Below are positions 12,992 through 26,014 of a stretch of DNA of 64,000 nucleotides, piece by piece. The notes beneath the pieces were generated by a model. The model searched no databases, was not told where the DNA came from, and saw only the letters and a list, made by a program, of their open reading frames with translations. Origin of the DNA: Takakia lepidozioides (lineage: Eukaryota; Plantae; Bryophyta). A program made the position numbers and the translations under genes. The DNA is taken from positions 3,720,001-3,784,000 of the forward strand of contig CM060734.1 in the NCBI GenBank assembly GCA_030704615.1. The letters run 5' to 3'. Position 1 is the stretch's first letter. Every line of letters starts with the position of its first letter.

Positions 12992-14480
12992 GCATCCCCC
13001 TTGGTGCAGCCATCTGTGCATACCGTCTGATAAACCTTCTGTAGTACAGTGTTTGTCCAAGGAATCTCCTTAGAGCCTTAACGTTACTTGGTGGTGGAGA
13101 GGCTTTAATAGCCTTTGTCTTTCTAGGATCTAGAAGCAGTCCTTTCTGACACACAATGTGTCTCAATCCTGAGTTCACACATAAAGTACATTTTTCTGGA
13201 TTCAGCCCAAGACCTCTCATCCTGCATCTGGCCAAACATAATTCCAATTTCTGCAAGTGCTCATTCTTAGAGCTGTAAACACTGAAGTCATCTAAGAACA
13301 CTTGCATGAAATCATCCAAGTACTCATGGAAAGATTCACTGATCACTCTCTGGAAAGTTGCTGGTGCATTACAAAGTCCAAAAGACATGACTTTGTATGC
13401 ATAAGCACCCCGGTCTGTGATTAAAGCAGTCTATCCCTGATCTTCTTTAGCTACTTGTACTTGGTTATACCCACTGAAGCCATCCATGAATGATTACATC
13501 TCATGGCCTGCCACAGTATCTAGAACAGCTTCCGTGAATGGCAAAGGAAATGGATCTTTCTTTGTGCAATCATTCAGTTTCTTGTAGTTAACACAAACTC
13601 TCAGTTTGTCATTCTTCCTTGGTACTATCACAATGGGTGATAGCCCCCTTGTGTACTCTATTGGGTATATGAACTTAGCATCAGCCAATTTCTTGATCTC
13701 CTTTCCCACCTTCTGTACCTGCCAGCGGACTTGCGCAGGTGAATCTTCAAGCGGACTTGGCGAAGACAAACTGTGAAAGATCCTTCCCGGTTGATGCAGG
13801 TTGCAACTTGAAAATCAGGTCAAAATGAAGGATTTGAGCGGACTGGGTTGATTAGGATTCATTCTGTACCGTGCTTGCTTAACTGGTACAGACTCAGGTT
13901 CCAACTCAATCTTATGTTGGCAAATCTCAGATGGTATCCCTTTCAAGTCTTCATAACTCCATGCAAATACATCCTTGTATTTTATGAACAAACTTTTAGC
14001 TTCCTCAAAGAATTCAGGTTCCAAGTCTGCTCCTATTTTAACCATTCTTGGTTCTTCCTCAGTTCCCACATTCACTTCTCTCACCTGCTCTTTAGGTGTG
14101 ATTGTCCATCCACTATTTCATCCTACAAACTAATGGTGGCTGGTTCCTCTAGGATTTCTATTTCTCCCTCTCTTTCTTCATAGAAATGTGGTGGGTAACT
14201 GCTTCTTTCCCCCTCTATTGGTCATGTTGTTACTGCATGATAACATATACCTTTGAAACAACTCAGTCCTGAGCCCAGTTGCATTTCTGCAACCTGCTCC
14301 CACTCTGGGTGTGCAGCAAACAGGGTAGCCTCTTGCTCCTCATCAAGTCCTCCCCTCCAGTCAAACTCCCTGACTCCACGAGGTCTTCTGGTAGCAGGTA
14401 GTCTACCTGATTTCTTAGTTGAAATCTGTATTTTGTGCTTATCCTTGCGCACAATCAGAATCTGAGTATTCCAGTCATGG
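12992..14480 (-). pseudogene. Ty3/gypsy pol remnant: post-protease linker and RT
   Basis: KYKDVFAWSYEDLKGI, LSPIVIVPRKNDKLRVCVNYKKLN, MSFGLCNAPATFQR, VFLDDFSV. Confidence 0.93.
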
Positions 14481-15363
14481 GGTAGAGCTCCTCCTGGCTG
14501 AGCAAGGCTATCCCAACTTTTCCATGGGCCCTCCAGCATCTCGTGGTGGAAAAGTTGTTCCCAGTACCTAATCCTAAACTCGTCAATCCACTTAAGCAAT
14601 CCCTGCAGTTCCTCGGACTCGGGCCTAGGACGCAGCACCAAAACCTCATCAATCACCAGAAAGCCCAGTTGCCTCGGTGACAAGCTATAATGTGAAGCTT
14701 GAAGGGCAAGAAACTGTCATGGACTTTGATGATTCCATGCCAGTAATCCACACCAATCGTTTACAAACAATGGTGATACAAGGTTATGGGAGATGCAAGA
14801 AACGAGGATCGGTTGACTTGCATGGGTTGGCCTATGTTTTGTTTGGTGAAGGAGCACTGGAACAATTGGGACAATGGTATAAGACCAAGAGCTGTCCAAT
14901 GAAGTGTTTGTGCAAGGATGGGAAGAATATTTGATACTAAAGAACCCGGAGGTGGAGGCCACAATTAAATGGAAGAAAAGAAAGGAGAAGAGAGTTGTCA
15001 GTGTTCCTCATGATTGGGAAATACCATAGTTTGTCTTGTGTGCTTCTGCTTCCTCTAAAGGGATGAAGTTGGGTGGGCAGTCCAACCACCAATAACATTG
15101 CAAATTCACGGCCCACACTTAGTCAATAAGTTGCTTCCCATTATACATGTTGCATTCTATCCATGTACCTGCCCACTGAGATATCATGGCCGGAATAGCT
15201 TGAATGTGTTTCTTGGGCAGAAGGTAGAAGTTGATGTACCTGCAAAATGTCAAACATTCTATCGTCAGAAACCATGTCATGTATTGGTCATTGTGAGGAT
15301 GATTTGATAAATTTGTGCCGACTTAAGCTCCTCAAAAGCAAGGCAGGATCTGCATTATCATAC

Positions 15364-16790
15364 CTATAAACAAGGCGACGTCTCGCCGGTGTGGACTGCT
15401 CGTGGGTAGAGGATAGGCAGATCGACCCCTGACGGGTAGTGCGTCGCTGTGAGTCTGGCAGCTGAATCGCAGCTCCATAGCGGATAGAGGGGTGGAGGAT
15501 GGTAGAACTTCCAACACCAGACAGGGGAGCTTGAATATGCCAGGAACCATAATGTGAAATAGCGAATACACCGTAAAGAGTGGGTGTCCCTGACAGTGGG
15601 ATCGGAGTTCCATATTTGCAGCCACTTCACCTTCTGTTCTGAAGACACAACGGCGGTAGACAACATGTGCAACTTGCTTGATGTGACTCTCAACCCCCTT
15701 TGTTGACCTTCTCTCTTCAGGGGTAGAGTTGTAGTATTCCAGTTTGTCACGCTAGACCTGCATCCGCAATGTCTTGCTGCAAGAGAATGCACGACAAATG
15801 CATGAACACACGGGCAAGGGAAACAAACAGAAACAAAGTCCACAAAGCAGAAATACCCAAAGGCCATATGATTGTATCTCACCGCGTACATATACTTCAT
15901 GAAAGCCTTGCGGATCAACGAGTACCATGTTTCTGATGTCTTGGAACTCTTGCATTTCTTATACGTCTCTGCTGATAGGATGGTCTTGAAGTTGCTCAAG
16001 GGCATCTGCCCGATCCTCTGTATCCTGTACAGAGTGTGCACCAAGCTCGTTTTCACATGCGATGTCTCTGTCCCTCTGCAGATTGATGTGTAAAAATCAG
16101 AATGAAATCCAACAACCGAGAACAGAAGATTGGAAGCAAAGATCCACGGAACCACAAGCGGAACATGAAGATTGGGCAACCAACCTGTTCACATCATTCA
16201 TTGCCGTCAGAAGCCCCATCATGTTCCCGTCACAATCCAGGACCATCGTTCAAACACAGTAATGTCACTCTTCCTCTTGAGTGCAGCCTCCCAATGACAG
16301 CCATCCATGCAAGCAACCGGTGGTTGCCATCCCATACGTGAAACATCTTCCCGGAGAATGCTTGCATCGAAGGTTTCTTGGAGAGAAGAAGTTCAAAGGA
16401 TTCGTTCACATGTCTCCAAATGGGATCCCATGAGTCCGTGATTGACTCATCCACAAGAAGCTCATTGCCTCTGGAATCCCTAGTAGAAACGTAAAACACT
16501 GCGGATCCATCCAAATACCCATGAACAAACTTGGCCTCCAGCTTCTGGATGTCCTTGATGAGGGGTGGACGAACGACGGGCATGGAAACCAACCTGCACA
16601 GGGAATCTTCAACTTGCCACCCGGTGCAAGCATACTTTGCACCACAAGCTGCGAATTGACCTTCTGACACCCCAGCATCTCCGCCGCTTTGCTCTTATAG
16701 AACTCGTCGTCCACATCAACAATGTTCTCCTCTTCCTACACTGTAGAGTTCTCATCCTCCACTCTTTGCATCTTCTCCTACAGGGATACA
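15364..16790 (-). pseudogene. Spliced ParB/Srx-like domain protein fragment
   Basis: KIP.CRLVSMPVVRPPLIKDIQKLEAKFVHGY...FHVWDGNHRLLAW; the DGNHR motif is typical of ParB-like nuclease folds. Probable introns near 16180-16078 and 15880-15760; frameshifts present. Confidence 0.65.
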
Positions 16791-16974
16791 CATTCAAATG
16801 GACATAAGCAACGGGCAGAAACAGTGTGCGGCACCGCACACTGTTCAATGCTTCAATCTCAAATCATTTTTTGTGTTTTCACAAAGTTTCAAATGTGCAG
16901 GGACATTCTTATGGGGCTTTCTCTTACATCAAAACACAACATTGTATAGGGGCACAAACAGTGTGCGGCACCGT

Positions 16975-18749
16975 CAGAGTTTTCTTTTTCCAAGGTGTCC
17001 TTGGAATCTTTGCTTCTGCTCTAGTGGAATCCAAGTTCCAATTTCTTTGCAGTACCTACTGCTTCAACCAAAGTGTTGTTAGGCATGACTGTAACCATAG
17101 TTACATACACATACTCAGGACGAAGTCCGTTGATGAACCATGACTTCTGTAAGTCATCCCCTGGTGCTTAGCTTCCTAATCAGAGTTTCCATCCCTCCAG
17201 GTAGTCAACTACCAGTTCTTTTTTTTTCTGTCTCAGATTCTGTAATCCTGTGAAGATTTCAGATGTGGATTTGTTGGATCGATACCTTTCTTGAAAGGCT
17301 GTTTTCATATCAGCCCAAGTTGCAAATTGGCTGGAAATGTCGCCAACCACTCAATGCCCTTCCTGGCCAGTGAGCAAGGAAACAACCAGATCTTCTCCTG
17401 ATCTGTTGCTTCATTGTAAATGGTACACATGCTCTCAAATTGATTGAGATGAATATCTGGATCAGATTTCCCATTGTACAGGGGAAATGGTGGTCGGGTT
17501 TTGCTTGCTGCCAAAGCCATTGGTGTTGTTGGTGCAACTGGTGCTGCTGGTTGTCCAAACTGAAATGGTCCAGCTGCTGTTGACGATGTTGGTGTTGGGA
17601 TTGTCAATACTAGTGGTCTTGCTGGTGTCTGCCTTCCAAAGAGAGATTCGAAGCTAGGAGGTCCTTGTCCCAAGGATAGCCGCCTACTAGCTGCTGTCCC
17701 AACTGAACTTAATGAATCTTTAAAAGCTTTGAGTGCTGTTCTGGTTACTTTTTCTGGGGAAGCGGTTTCAATTCTTTCGCCTTCTTCACTTAAAAGATCC
17801 TCAAATTTCTCCTCCAATAATTCAACAAAACCTCGATTTGGGCTGGTTACTGTGGAAGGTGCTTCAGATCTTTCCTGTGGTAGCCATTTGTTGAGTGTAT
17901 TACTCGCAGCTCCTTCTGGTGTGGTATTCTAAGTTTTGGGAGATCTGGTCTCTCGATCTTCTGGATTATCAGTGTCAGCTTTCCCGATGTTTCTTCTTGA
18001 AGAATATTCAAGTTCTACAATTATGGGAACTCCGATCTTAATCGAGCTTCCCTTTCTGCTGCATATCTTTCTAATTTTCAGTCCTGTCTTGCTTAGCTTT
18101 TTTCCTATTTTCTTCACTCATTCCTACATTATATGTGAAATTCTTTTCAGTACCCTTACATAAGTCTTGGTATGTCAGTAAAGGAAATTACAGTGGTCCC
18201 TACCCTTGCTACAAGATTACCACATCCTGCCGGAATCCGTAGTACGACTTAATCTTTCTTTACTATTGATCACCAATCTTTTAATAGGCAGAATAATACC
18301 ATTTGTCCTTTTTTGTGTATCTGACTTGCAACAAGTCTTTGGGTATCCAGTATTCTACTACTTCTATGATCATATGATAATATTCACAATTTGAACAGCC
18401 TTCCCTGAAGACATAACTAGTGTAGCATACTTTTCTGATTGGTAACATAGTAGTCAATAGAGTCAGACGAGAAAGCCAATTCTCACTTCTAATCCCACAC
18501 TCCCAAGGTGCTCGTGCAATATTGATTACTCCTCCCTTCAATCCCCGTTATCGTCTTATTTGGCAATTGAAAGAAAGATCTTTTGCTGTATTGCTACTCG
18601 TAATCCATGGAACTTTTCCTAGGAATGTTTTCCATTCCTTTGCTTCTGCTGATTCGTTCTCCCGTGATTTCAAGAAATCACTGAGTAGCCATCCTTCCTT
18701 GAGTTCACTGGAACTCAACATACCGTTAGTCCCCAATATGGTTGCCAAA
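16975..18749 (-). pseudogene. Ty3/gypsy gag and 5' leader, with PBS-like site next to the LTR
   Basis: Retrotransposon gag (FPLYNGKSDPDIHLNQFE...LFPCSLARKGIEW; SWFINGLRPE). TTTGGCAACCATATTGGGG lies immediately after the LTR's CA end. Confidence 0.85.
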
Positions 18750-19541
18750 TGTTAACCGCTGGTTCATGACTTAAGCAAAATGGACTTTTAATAGTGCAGC
18801 CCATTTCCCAAGGCACTTATCAGAGGTTGTCCGACGGTATGTCTGCAAGACGATTACATAGTAATCGTCAATGGCCGTGAAACACTCGTGTTTCGTGAAT
18901 CAACATCCATATTACTGCTTTAGATCTATTCAAAGATGATACACATTCTCACCATCTCACGTTCTCTCATAATACACATTCTCTCCATCTCACAATCACT
19001 TTACACATGAGTACTTGGAAAAGCATGGCTTTACTTCAGATTCACCGCATCATAGCATAAGTACACATTGGATTGCTCTGATCACACCCTGATACACTGA
19101 TGATTCCTAAGTTGTGTGCAGTCCTTTTATACTATGCTCGAAAGAGCCGTTTACAGCCTGCGGTGGTTAATGACCGTTGCTTAATTGCCTACGCAACCTA
19201 AAAGGTTTGCCAAAAAAGTGGCATGTGATCATGGTCGTGGCTCGTGGTCGTGTGCCTTAGTGGTACACAGCCCACGGTCCCTCACTACTTCTCCTACTAG
19301 TAAAGCCTATGCTACCGTGGCCGTGTGATATCGTGGTTCACGGCCCACGGCTGCTACACTACCCACTACTGCTCCACGTGGTAGTGTGGCCCGTCCTCTA
19401 CTACTACTAAGTGTCGAGCACTTAGCCATTTCTGCCTCGTGGCCGGGTAGTGTGAAGTCAATCACTACCCACCATTATCCGTCGTGGCTCAAGCTGCCCT
19501 GCCCTCGTGGCACTGGCAGTTAGCCGTTATCAGTGACGACA
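18750..19541 (-). mobile_element. 5' LTR of the gypsy element
   Basis: Minus strand reads TGTCGTCA...TTAACA, followed by a PBS-like TGG; TATAAAAGG near 19122-19132 on the minus strand. Confidence 0.75.
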
Positions 19542-20960
19542 TATACAAGTGTATGAGGGTGATGGGGTGGAGTGCGGGCAAGTATAGTTGGATGATTTGA
19601 AGATGGGATCGAAGTGGGATGGGGACAGTCAGTTTTGTGGTGGTGCTAGGGGAGTGGTGTGTGCGGAGAATACCTATATTGCAACACCGCCACTAGCATG
19701 ATTGTATGGGGCAGAACTCCTTCTGAGGCATTGTGGGGCGGATAGGGGGTTTCCATATAATAGGTAGTAGTCTGGGATGAGTTTATTTACATATGAGCTG
19801 CTAATATTGTTGGTGTGTAGCTTGGTTTCCTAAAAGAATAATGTGAGGTGGCGTGGAGTCTGTGAGAAGGTGGATCGGACTCTGGATACTAGTGGCCATA
19901 GAACTGACGTTCCAGGTGGTGATATTGAGGGCATTTGAGTGTAGTTCTGTAGTGGTTGGGGTGTAGCTTGAAGGGGTGGATGGTATAGGTGCCCTGGGTT
20001 GTGGAGGTTGGGGTGATGGCGGCGCGGGTGGAAGTTGGAACCCAAGAAGAGAAGTGACAGCGTTGAGAGTAGCAAAGAGGATGTTCTCGAATAGAATGGG
20101 AATTTAATTAGTGATGGTTGGGTAATTTTGGTCTGGTGTTGTAAGAGTAGCAAGATGGTCACCTAGTATTTTGTGTACCACATCGGAGTGGGATTGTAAA
20201 AGATTGAGCGATGTGTGTAGTTCGGATAAATAATGTGGGGGAGCCAGATAGTTATTGGGATGTGGAGGCAATTCTTGTCGATTGCGCAAGAGGGAACGAA
20301 TTTCAAAGTCTGATTAGGATTCCAGATATTTGTTACATGTATCCGGAAGTGGGGAAATGACAATGATAAGGGAGAAGAGTCGAAGGTGTTGTGCAGGGAA
20401 TGTGTTGAATTTTTTAGAGGCCTTGATAAGGATAGGGTATGGGCAGGTGGGGAGACCGAAGGTGGCGATGTGCTATGTGGTAGTCGGCTGCTGGTGTATA
20501 GAGGTAGAGGGTAAAGGTTTGGAGAGGAAAGGAGGGAAGTGGTCATAAAGGTGTTGGTAAGCATGGGTAAGCGAAATGGTGTTATGTTGGAAGTATAGCG
20601 CGTATCATTCTTGGGAATCAGTCGAAAGTTGGCTAATGATATCGTCAATAGTAGTGGGTCCAGGGTTTGGGTGGATGTCCCCACACATGAGTAGCGTGAG
20701 TGTTATGCATATGTTTAGGAACAAGTTGTCATGTGATGGGGGGTGATGGTGGAAATGTTTAGATTTGAGGGGGTGTTGATGGTAACGTCCGTGTGGGCTA
20801 TGGGTAATAATGAGGGGCTCGATATACATGGCGTGGGATATCTTGAGTAAACAGGGGTTTTGTGGTATAGGGGGATGCTATTCTGTGAGCAGATCATGCG
20901 AGCAGAAAATTGCGTGAGCAGAAATCTGCTCACGCTTTAGGATCTGCCCACCTATAACCG
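19542..20960 (-). mobile_element. Non-LTR retrotransposon 5' fragment: 2A-like motif and start of APE endonuclease
   Basis: LTLLMCGDIHPNPGP at ~20655-20700. LFF*ETKL at ~19820-19845 resembles the APE QET motif. C-rich coding strand; truncated by the LTR. Confidence 0.6.
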
Positions 20961-22302
20961 CGGACGCCTGCTCGACTTAGAAGACCTATTACTGCACAGA
21001 GTGGCCAATATTACAAGCTCGGTTATGGATGCTGCTGGGATGAATGGCGGATGAATGTCGGTATGATGAATGAGACATGGATGAATGAAATAAATACAAT
21101 AATACAAAGTTGTTTTGTAGCAGTAGCTCCCAAATTCCCCGAGCTCCGAAATCCTTTAAACCATGCTAGTCTTGCTTGCAAATCAATTGTGAAAGTGCAG
21201 TGTATATTGCCAACAATGATACCACATTGTTTTGTTGATTGAGGAGGGGTTACTTGTCATTTTTCCAGGTATCCAATGTTGAGAGAGAGGCTCACACCCA
21301 AATCTAAAGAAGGTAGAGAGGTGAACTCGTGCTTTATAAATAAACGTTTCAAAACACATACTGGGAATTAAGATGTCGTTGACGACACCTTAATCCCCAG
21401 CACCTGTTGTAGATGCATATATTGGTACACTTTTCTTTTCAAATCGTTTTTTTATCACGAGAGAAGCGGTTTCGGCATTGTACTGCCAAAACATGTTAGT
21501 TTGTTAGTTGTCTGGAAATCGTTGGTAAAGCACGTAGGAAATTAGACAGTGTTTGCGACGACCATGGAGTGGAACTTTGGCGTCAAGATGACCGTAGGAA
21601 GCTGCATCGACAGTAGATTAGGCTGCCAATTCGGTACCAGGAAACGACAAGTTAATCTTGTTCAAACAATACAGGACGACTGTTCCAGTCCCAGATTGCG
21701 ATCTCTCTTTTCTCCCGCCTTTCAAGTCCAGTACGAACACACGGCGAGGAGCTTGGCAATTGGTGGAAGCGACATGTACAGCGATGAAATATCGCAACAA
21801 AGCAATTGGCCGCATCGGAATGACAGCAGGTCAGGACGACTTCAAACGGCGAAGCGTGGACTTGTTAGCGGTGCGGGACAACTGGAGGGGACTCCGGACA
21901 ACCTATGACTCAGTGGCAGGGTCAAAGACCCCAGAGCCATCACCAGGGATTTGATTTCCAAAAATACCACAAAATTTGTGTGTAGCGAAAATACGACGAA
22001 TGGCGATAAGTGTAACTTTTTACCACCGATGGAGCTGAGAATTTACAGGCTGATACGGGGTATATAATTGTAGTTTGTCACCAGGTTTGGTGATTTATGG
22101 AGCTGATTATCAGCGGGGCCAAATTATTGAGTCGACGGCACTCACGGGGCCTATTATTTGCATTTCTACTTCTTGGATGGATGAAAAATCCTGGAATTCG
22201 CCTTGAGGAGCTGGATGGATGAAATGACAACTCGCACCAACTGGTCATCCAATTGGATGGATGAAAAGCCAGCTTTCATTTGCCTCTAAGACTTTTCATC
22301 CA

Positions 22303-22940
22303 TGTTGAATAGTATATTATAGATCCTCCAAGGAAACAATAGTTTAATGAATATTTTCCATTAGTTTATTAGGCTCAAAAACAGTATAAAAGAAGGGCAA
22401 GGCTTCCCTTGTTCTTCGTTCTTCCCTTGTTCTTCATCTAGTTCTTCTCTTGTCCTTCATCTAGTTCTTCTCTTGTTCTTCATTTAGTTCTTCTCTTGCT
22501 TAGTTTCCTCTTGTTGTTGTAGTGTTGTTAGTTTAAGGCTTGAGGAGGCTAGATCCTAGGGAGTGGAGCTTGAAGCTCCCTAGTTAGGTAGAATTCTTGT
22601 GAGCTAAGGCAAGTGGCCTAGCTTGTGGGCCTTTGAGCCATTTCATTTGTGAAGGAAGAGGGCAATTTCATGTAGAGGAAAGTGACTTGAGGACGAGTAG
22701 GAGGGGCTGGACTTATGGACGAGAGCCCAAGTGGAGGCCGCATAGAGTACCATTACTTGAGTCGATAGAGCATCCCAAGCACTCTCGCATAGAAAGGTTG
22801 ATCCCATCTTACCATTTCACCATTTATGTATGTGATTCATTTATTTTCCAAGCAAAGCTTGAAGTTGAAAATATGATTTAGGCTCTTCAAAAGAGGAGAG
22901 TGCATTGTGGAATCCCACTATTTCATGTCTAGAATTGACA
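22303..22940 (+). mobile_element. LTR-like sequence with internal ~23-bp tandem repeats
   Basis: TGTTG...TGACA ends, TATAAAAG at ~22385, (GTTCTTCTCTTGTTCTTCATCTA)-like repeats at 22410-22500. No TSD recognised. Confidence 0.4.
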
Positions 22941-23789
22941 AGGGGAAGAACCCCGTAGCCTATTGGAAATGGTACCCTTTAAGTCGTACTGAGATCAAGT
23001 ACATCAGCCGAGTGGCTCAGGCGTGAGGCCCTGAAGCGTGCGAGCAGAAGGCGGGTCTTTACCCGTAGGATAACCAAAAGCTGAGACGGACCGGCGGACG
23101 CCGGCGTTAACCGCAGCGGTCCACGGCTTGGACCGCTACGCACGGATCTGTGCCCCGCCACGTGGCGGGGGCGTTTTACCCAGCGCACAATGCGTCTGCA
23201 AATTCCCTTAAAGGGGGGTATTCTTACCTTTAGCTATTAGATTCCATTCATACCCCTCTAACGGTTAAGAGCCATTATCTAAGGCACCAGTGGTAGATAA
23301 AATTTAGGATTTTGGGATGACGTAGCCTTGGAGGGGAGCGTTTTTATGACTCCAAGAGAGAGCCAAGCGGGCCTGTGAGCAGTGAGCTAGAGGCGGAGAC
23401 CTCGAGAGACAAGGGAGGAGAGAAAATACTATGTCCATAAACTCGGCTACATTGCGCCTTTGTGTCAGAGCCTAAGGTAGAGGATGACTTTTTCCACGGA
23501 GGGAAAACGCACCAGCGCCTTAAAATAATGTAAAGGGGTGAAATCTGGCTTGGACCCACCAGTGGTTATTTTATTATTTACGCATGCATGTTCTGGACTA
23601 ACGAATGTAGTGGCAGGGATGAGCTCTCAGCGAGATTCATGCATCCGATAGGGCCGCGGCAATTCCCCGCGGTAGGGAACGGTTCTCGGGTGTTCCTCGG
23701 TTCTCATTGGGTTCCCACAGGGTTCCCAATGGCATCTTTAGGCGCCAAGGGTATCTTTGGATTCCCCACATGATTTCCCATAGGGGAGG

Positions 23790-24345
23790 TATTTTTCCTG
23801 ATTTTCATAATTTATATTTTTTTCCATCTAATCTTTTGCATAGATGTAGTGGTGTGGGGGTTGAACTCACAGAACAAATAGAGCCAAAAATAAAATCATT
23901 ACCTAACAAAAATCCGCAAGCATCGATATTCTAAAATTATTTATTTATTTAAGATTCATTTACATTTGATTTAGTTAAAAATTGGTTCAAAGGGTGAGTG
24001 CGTCGTTGGGGAGGTTTTTTTTTTTTTTTTTTTTTCCTGCTAAATCTCTGCACAGGTGTTGCACACATATTCAAGCACATGCGGGCAAAAGATGAGCTTC
24101 AACCACATCCGTTCAATGGGTGCAATAGCCGTTCACCCATGAGAGGATTTTCTTTCACAATGAACAAAATTGGTTGACAGGGTGAATGCGTCCTTGGGAG
24201 GGCAAATGATTTTGGGTTGTCTTGAAACTTTGCATGCGTGTTGCGCACATATTGCAGCACCCGCGGGCCGAGGATGAGCTGGAACCATTTTCGTTCAATG
24301 GGTGCAACAACCGTTCACCCATGAGACGATTATTTCTCATTTTGG
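23790..24345 (-). repeat. Reverse-oriented diverged copy of the satellite-related TE sequence
   Basis: For example 24060-24143 is the reverse complement of the motif CCCATTGAACGGATGTGGTTGAAGC found in the array and at 49160-49250. Confidence 0.75.
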
Positions 24346-24976
24346 AACTTTGAGTGTATGTTCAATATGGTGATCAATGACATTGACTTGTCACATTGAA
24401 AAACACTAGAGAAGGTATACTATACATTAGGGTTTAGGGCTGACGGAATCAGCACGACGATGAATCGTGGGGCTCCCTCGACCTCGACGAGAACGTGAAC
24501 CTCATACTCCGGTTCAGATTAGTTCGGTAGGGGCCTTAGGCTAGCCCCAATCATAGACGATTTTGTGATGACAGTCGCGGTTAGGACCATTAGGACTGGA
24601 ACACATGTGCGGAGACACAATAGACGAATAAATCATTTGCCTCCCCATCGACGCGCTCCTCCCTCAAGCCATTCCACAATTTAATTTAATTTAAATTTAT
24701 TTTAAACTAATAAATAGGTTTGCACTTCCTTTCATTGGGGGTTTCTGGCACGTATCGATTTTGTTTTTGGTTCAATTTTGTTCAGCGGCTTCCAGCATCC
24801 CACCGCTACTCCCCCGCCAAAATTCGGACCGATCAAAAATGCCCCCAAAAAAAGGTGTTCTCTTCGCTCACTATTGCAGAACTCTCTATGAAGAAGGCAT
24901 GAAGTAGAACACAAATCAAGTTTGGAGTGCAAAACAGGGAAGAAACTGTGGTTTTGGGTCCAAATGAATTTTGATG

Positions 24977-26014
24977 ACACTGGCCAAGTTTCAAAGCTAA
25001 CGAAAATCATTTGGATGGGCAACCATCTGTTGGCCCATTGAACCAATTTCGATTGATCTCATATTACTCTGGGGCGTCTTACATGGCACATTGAACATAG
25101 TGGCCAAGTCTCAAAGCCAACCAAAATCATTTCGATGGCCAACCATCCGTTGAGCCATCGAAAGAATTTCGATTGATCTCATATTAGTCCGGGACCTGTG
25201 AGAGGGTGTCTCGAACGTACTAGCAAAGTTTGGAAGCAAACAAAAATGATTTGGATGGGCAACCATCCGTTCACCCGTTGAATGTATTGCGTTGGATCTA
25301 CTATTTCTTTGGGACCTGATGGACTGTGTTTCGCGTGCTCACGGTTTTTTTTTCAATCCATTCTTTAAAGGGGCGTGTAATGTAGCCATATACAACGTGC
25401 GTGCCAAATTTGGGAGCGATCAAAATTCATTTGGACCCAAAACCAAAAAGGGTGTTCTCTTCGCTCACTATTGCAGAACTCTCTATGAAGAGTGCATGAA
25501 GTAGAACACAAATCAAGTTTGGAGTGCAAAACAGGGAAGAAACTGTGGTTTTGGGTCCAAATGAATTTTGATCGCTCCCAAATTTGGCACGCACGTTGTA
25601 TATGGCTACATTGCACGCCCCATTTAAAAACAGATCAAAAAAAAAATCGTGAGCACACGAAACACAGTCCAACAAGTCCCAAAGCAATAGTAGATCCAAC
25701 GCAATACATTCAACGGGTGAACGGCTGGTTACCCATCCAAATCATTTTTGTTTGCTTCCAAACTTTGCTAGTACGTTCGAGACACCCTCTCACAGGTCCC
25801 GGACTAATATGAGATCAATCGAAATACTTTCGATGGCTCAACGGATGGTTGGCCATCGAAATGATTTTGGTTGGCTTTGAGACTTGGCCCCTATGTTCAA
25901 TGTGCCATGTAAGATGCCCCAGAGTAATATGAGATCAATCGAAATTCATTCAACGGGCCAAAGGATGGTTGCCCATCCAAATGATTTTCGTTCGCTTTGA
26001 AACTTGGCCGGTGT
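24977..26014. repeat. Inverted repeat, ~470-bp arms with ~100-bp spacer
   Basis: 24977-25445 is the near-identical reverse complement of 25546-26014. Confidence 0.9.

Noticed and set aside
11085-16790. Bacterial or phage contamination as the source of the MTase and ParB fragments
   Set aside because: Both have spliceosomal-type introns and are nested in plant gypsy sequence.
6115-19541. One intact LTR-to-LTR gypsy element
   Set aside because: The LTR-like sequence at ~6.1-6.9 kb does not match the 18750-19541 LTR, and the pol halves appear to come from different copies.
21549-21954. Overlapping ORFs of 98-119 aa
   Set aside because: No recognisable motif or gene structure; cannot be assigned.
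24426-24440. Telomere-like TTAGGGTTTAGGG
   Set aside because: Only two units; common in plant genomes by chance or as a telo-box.
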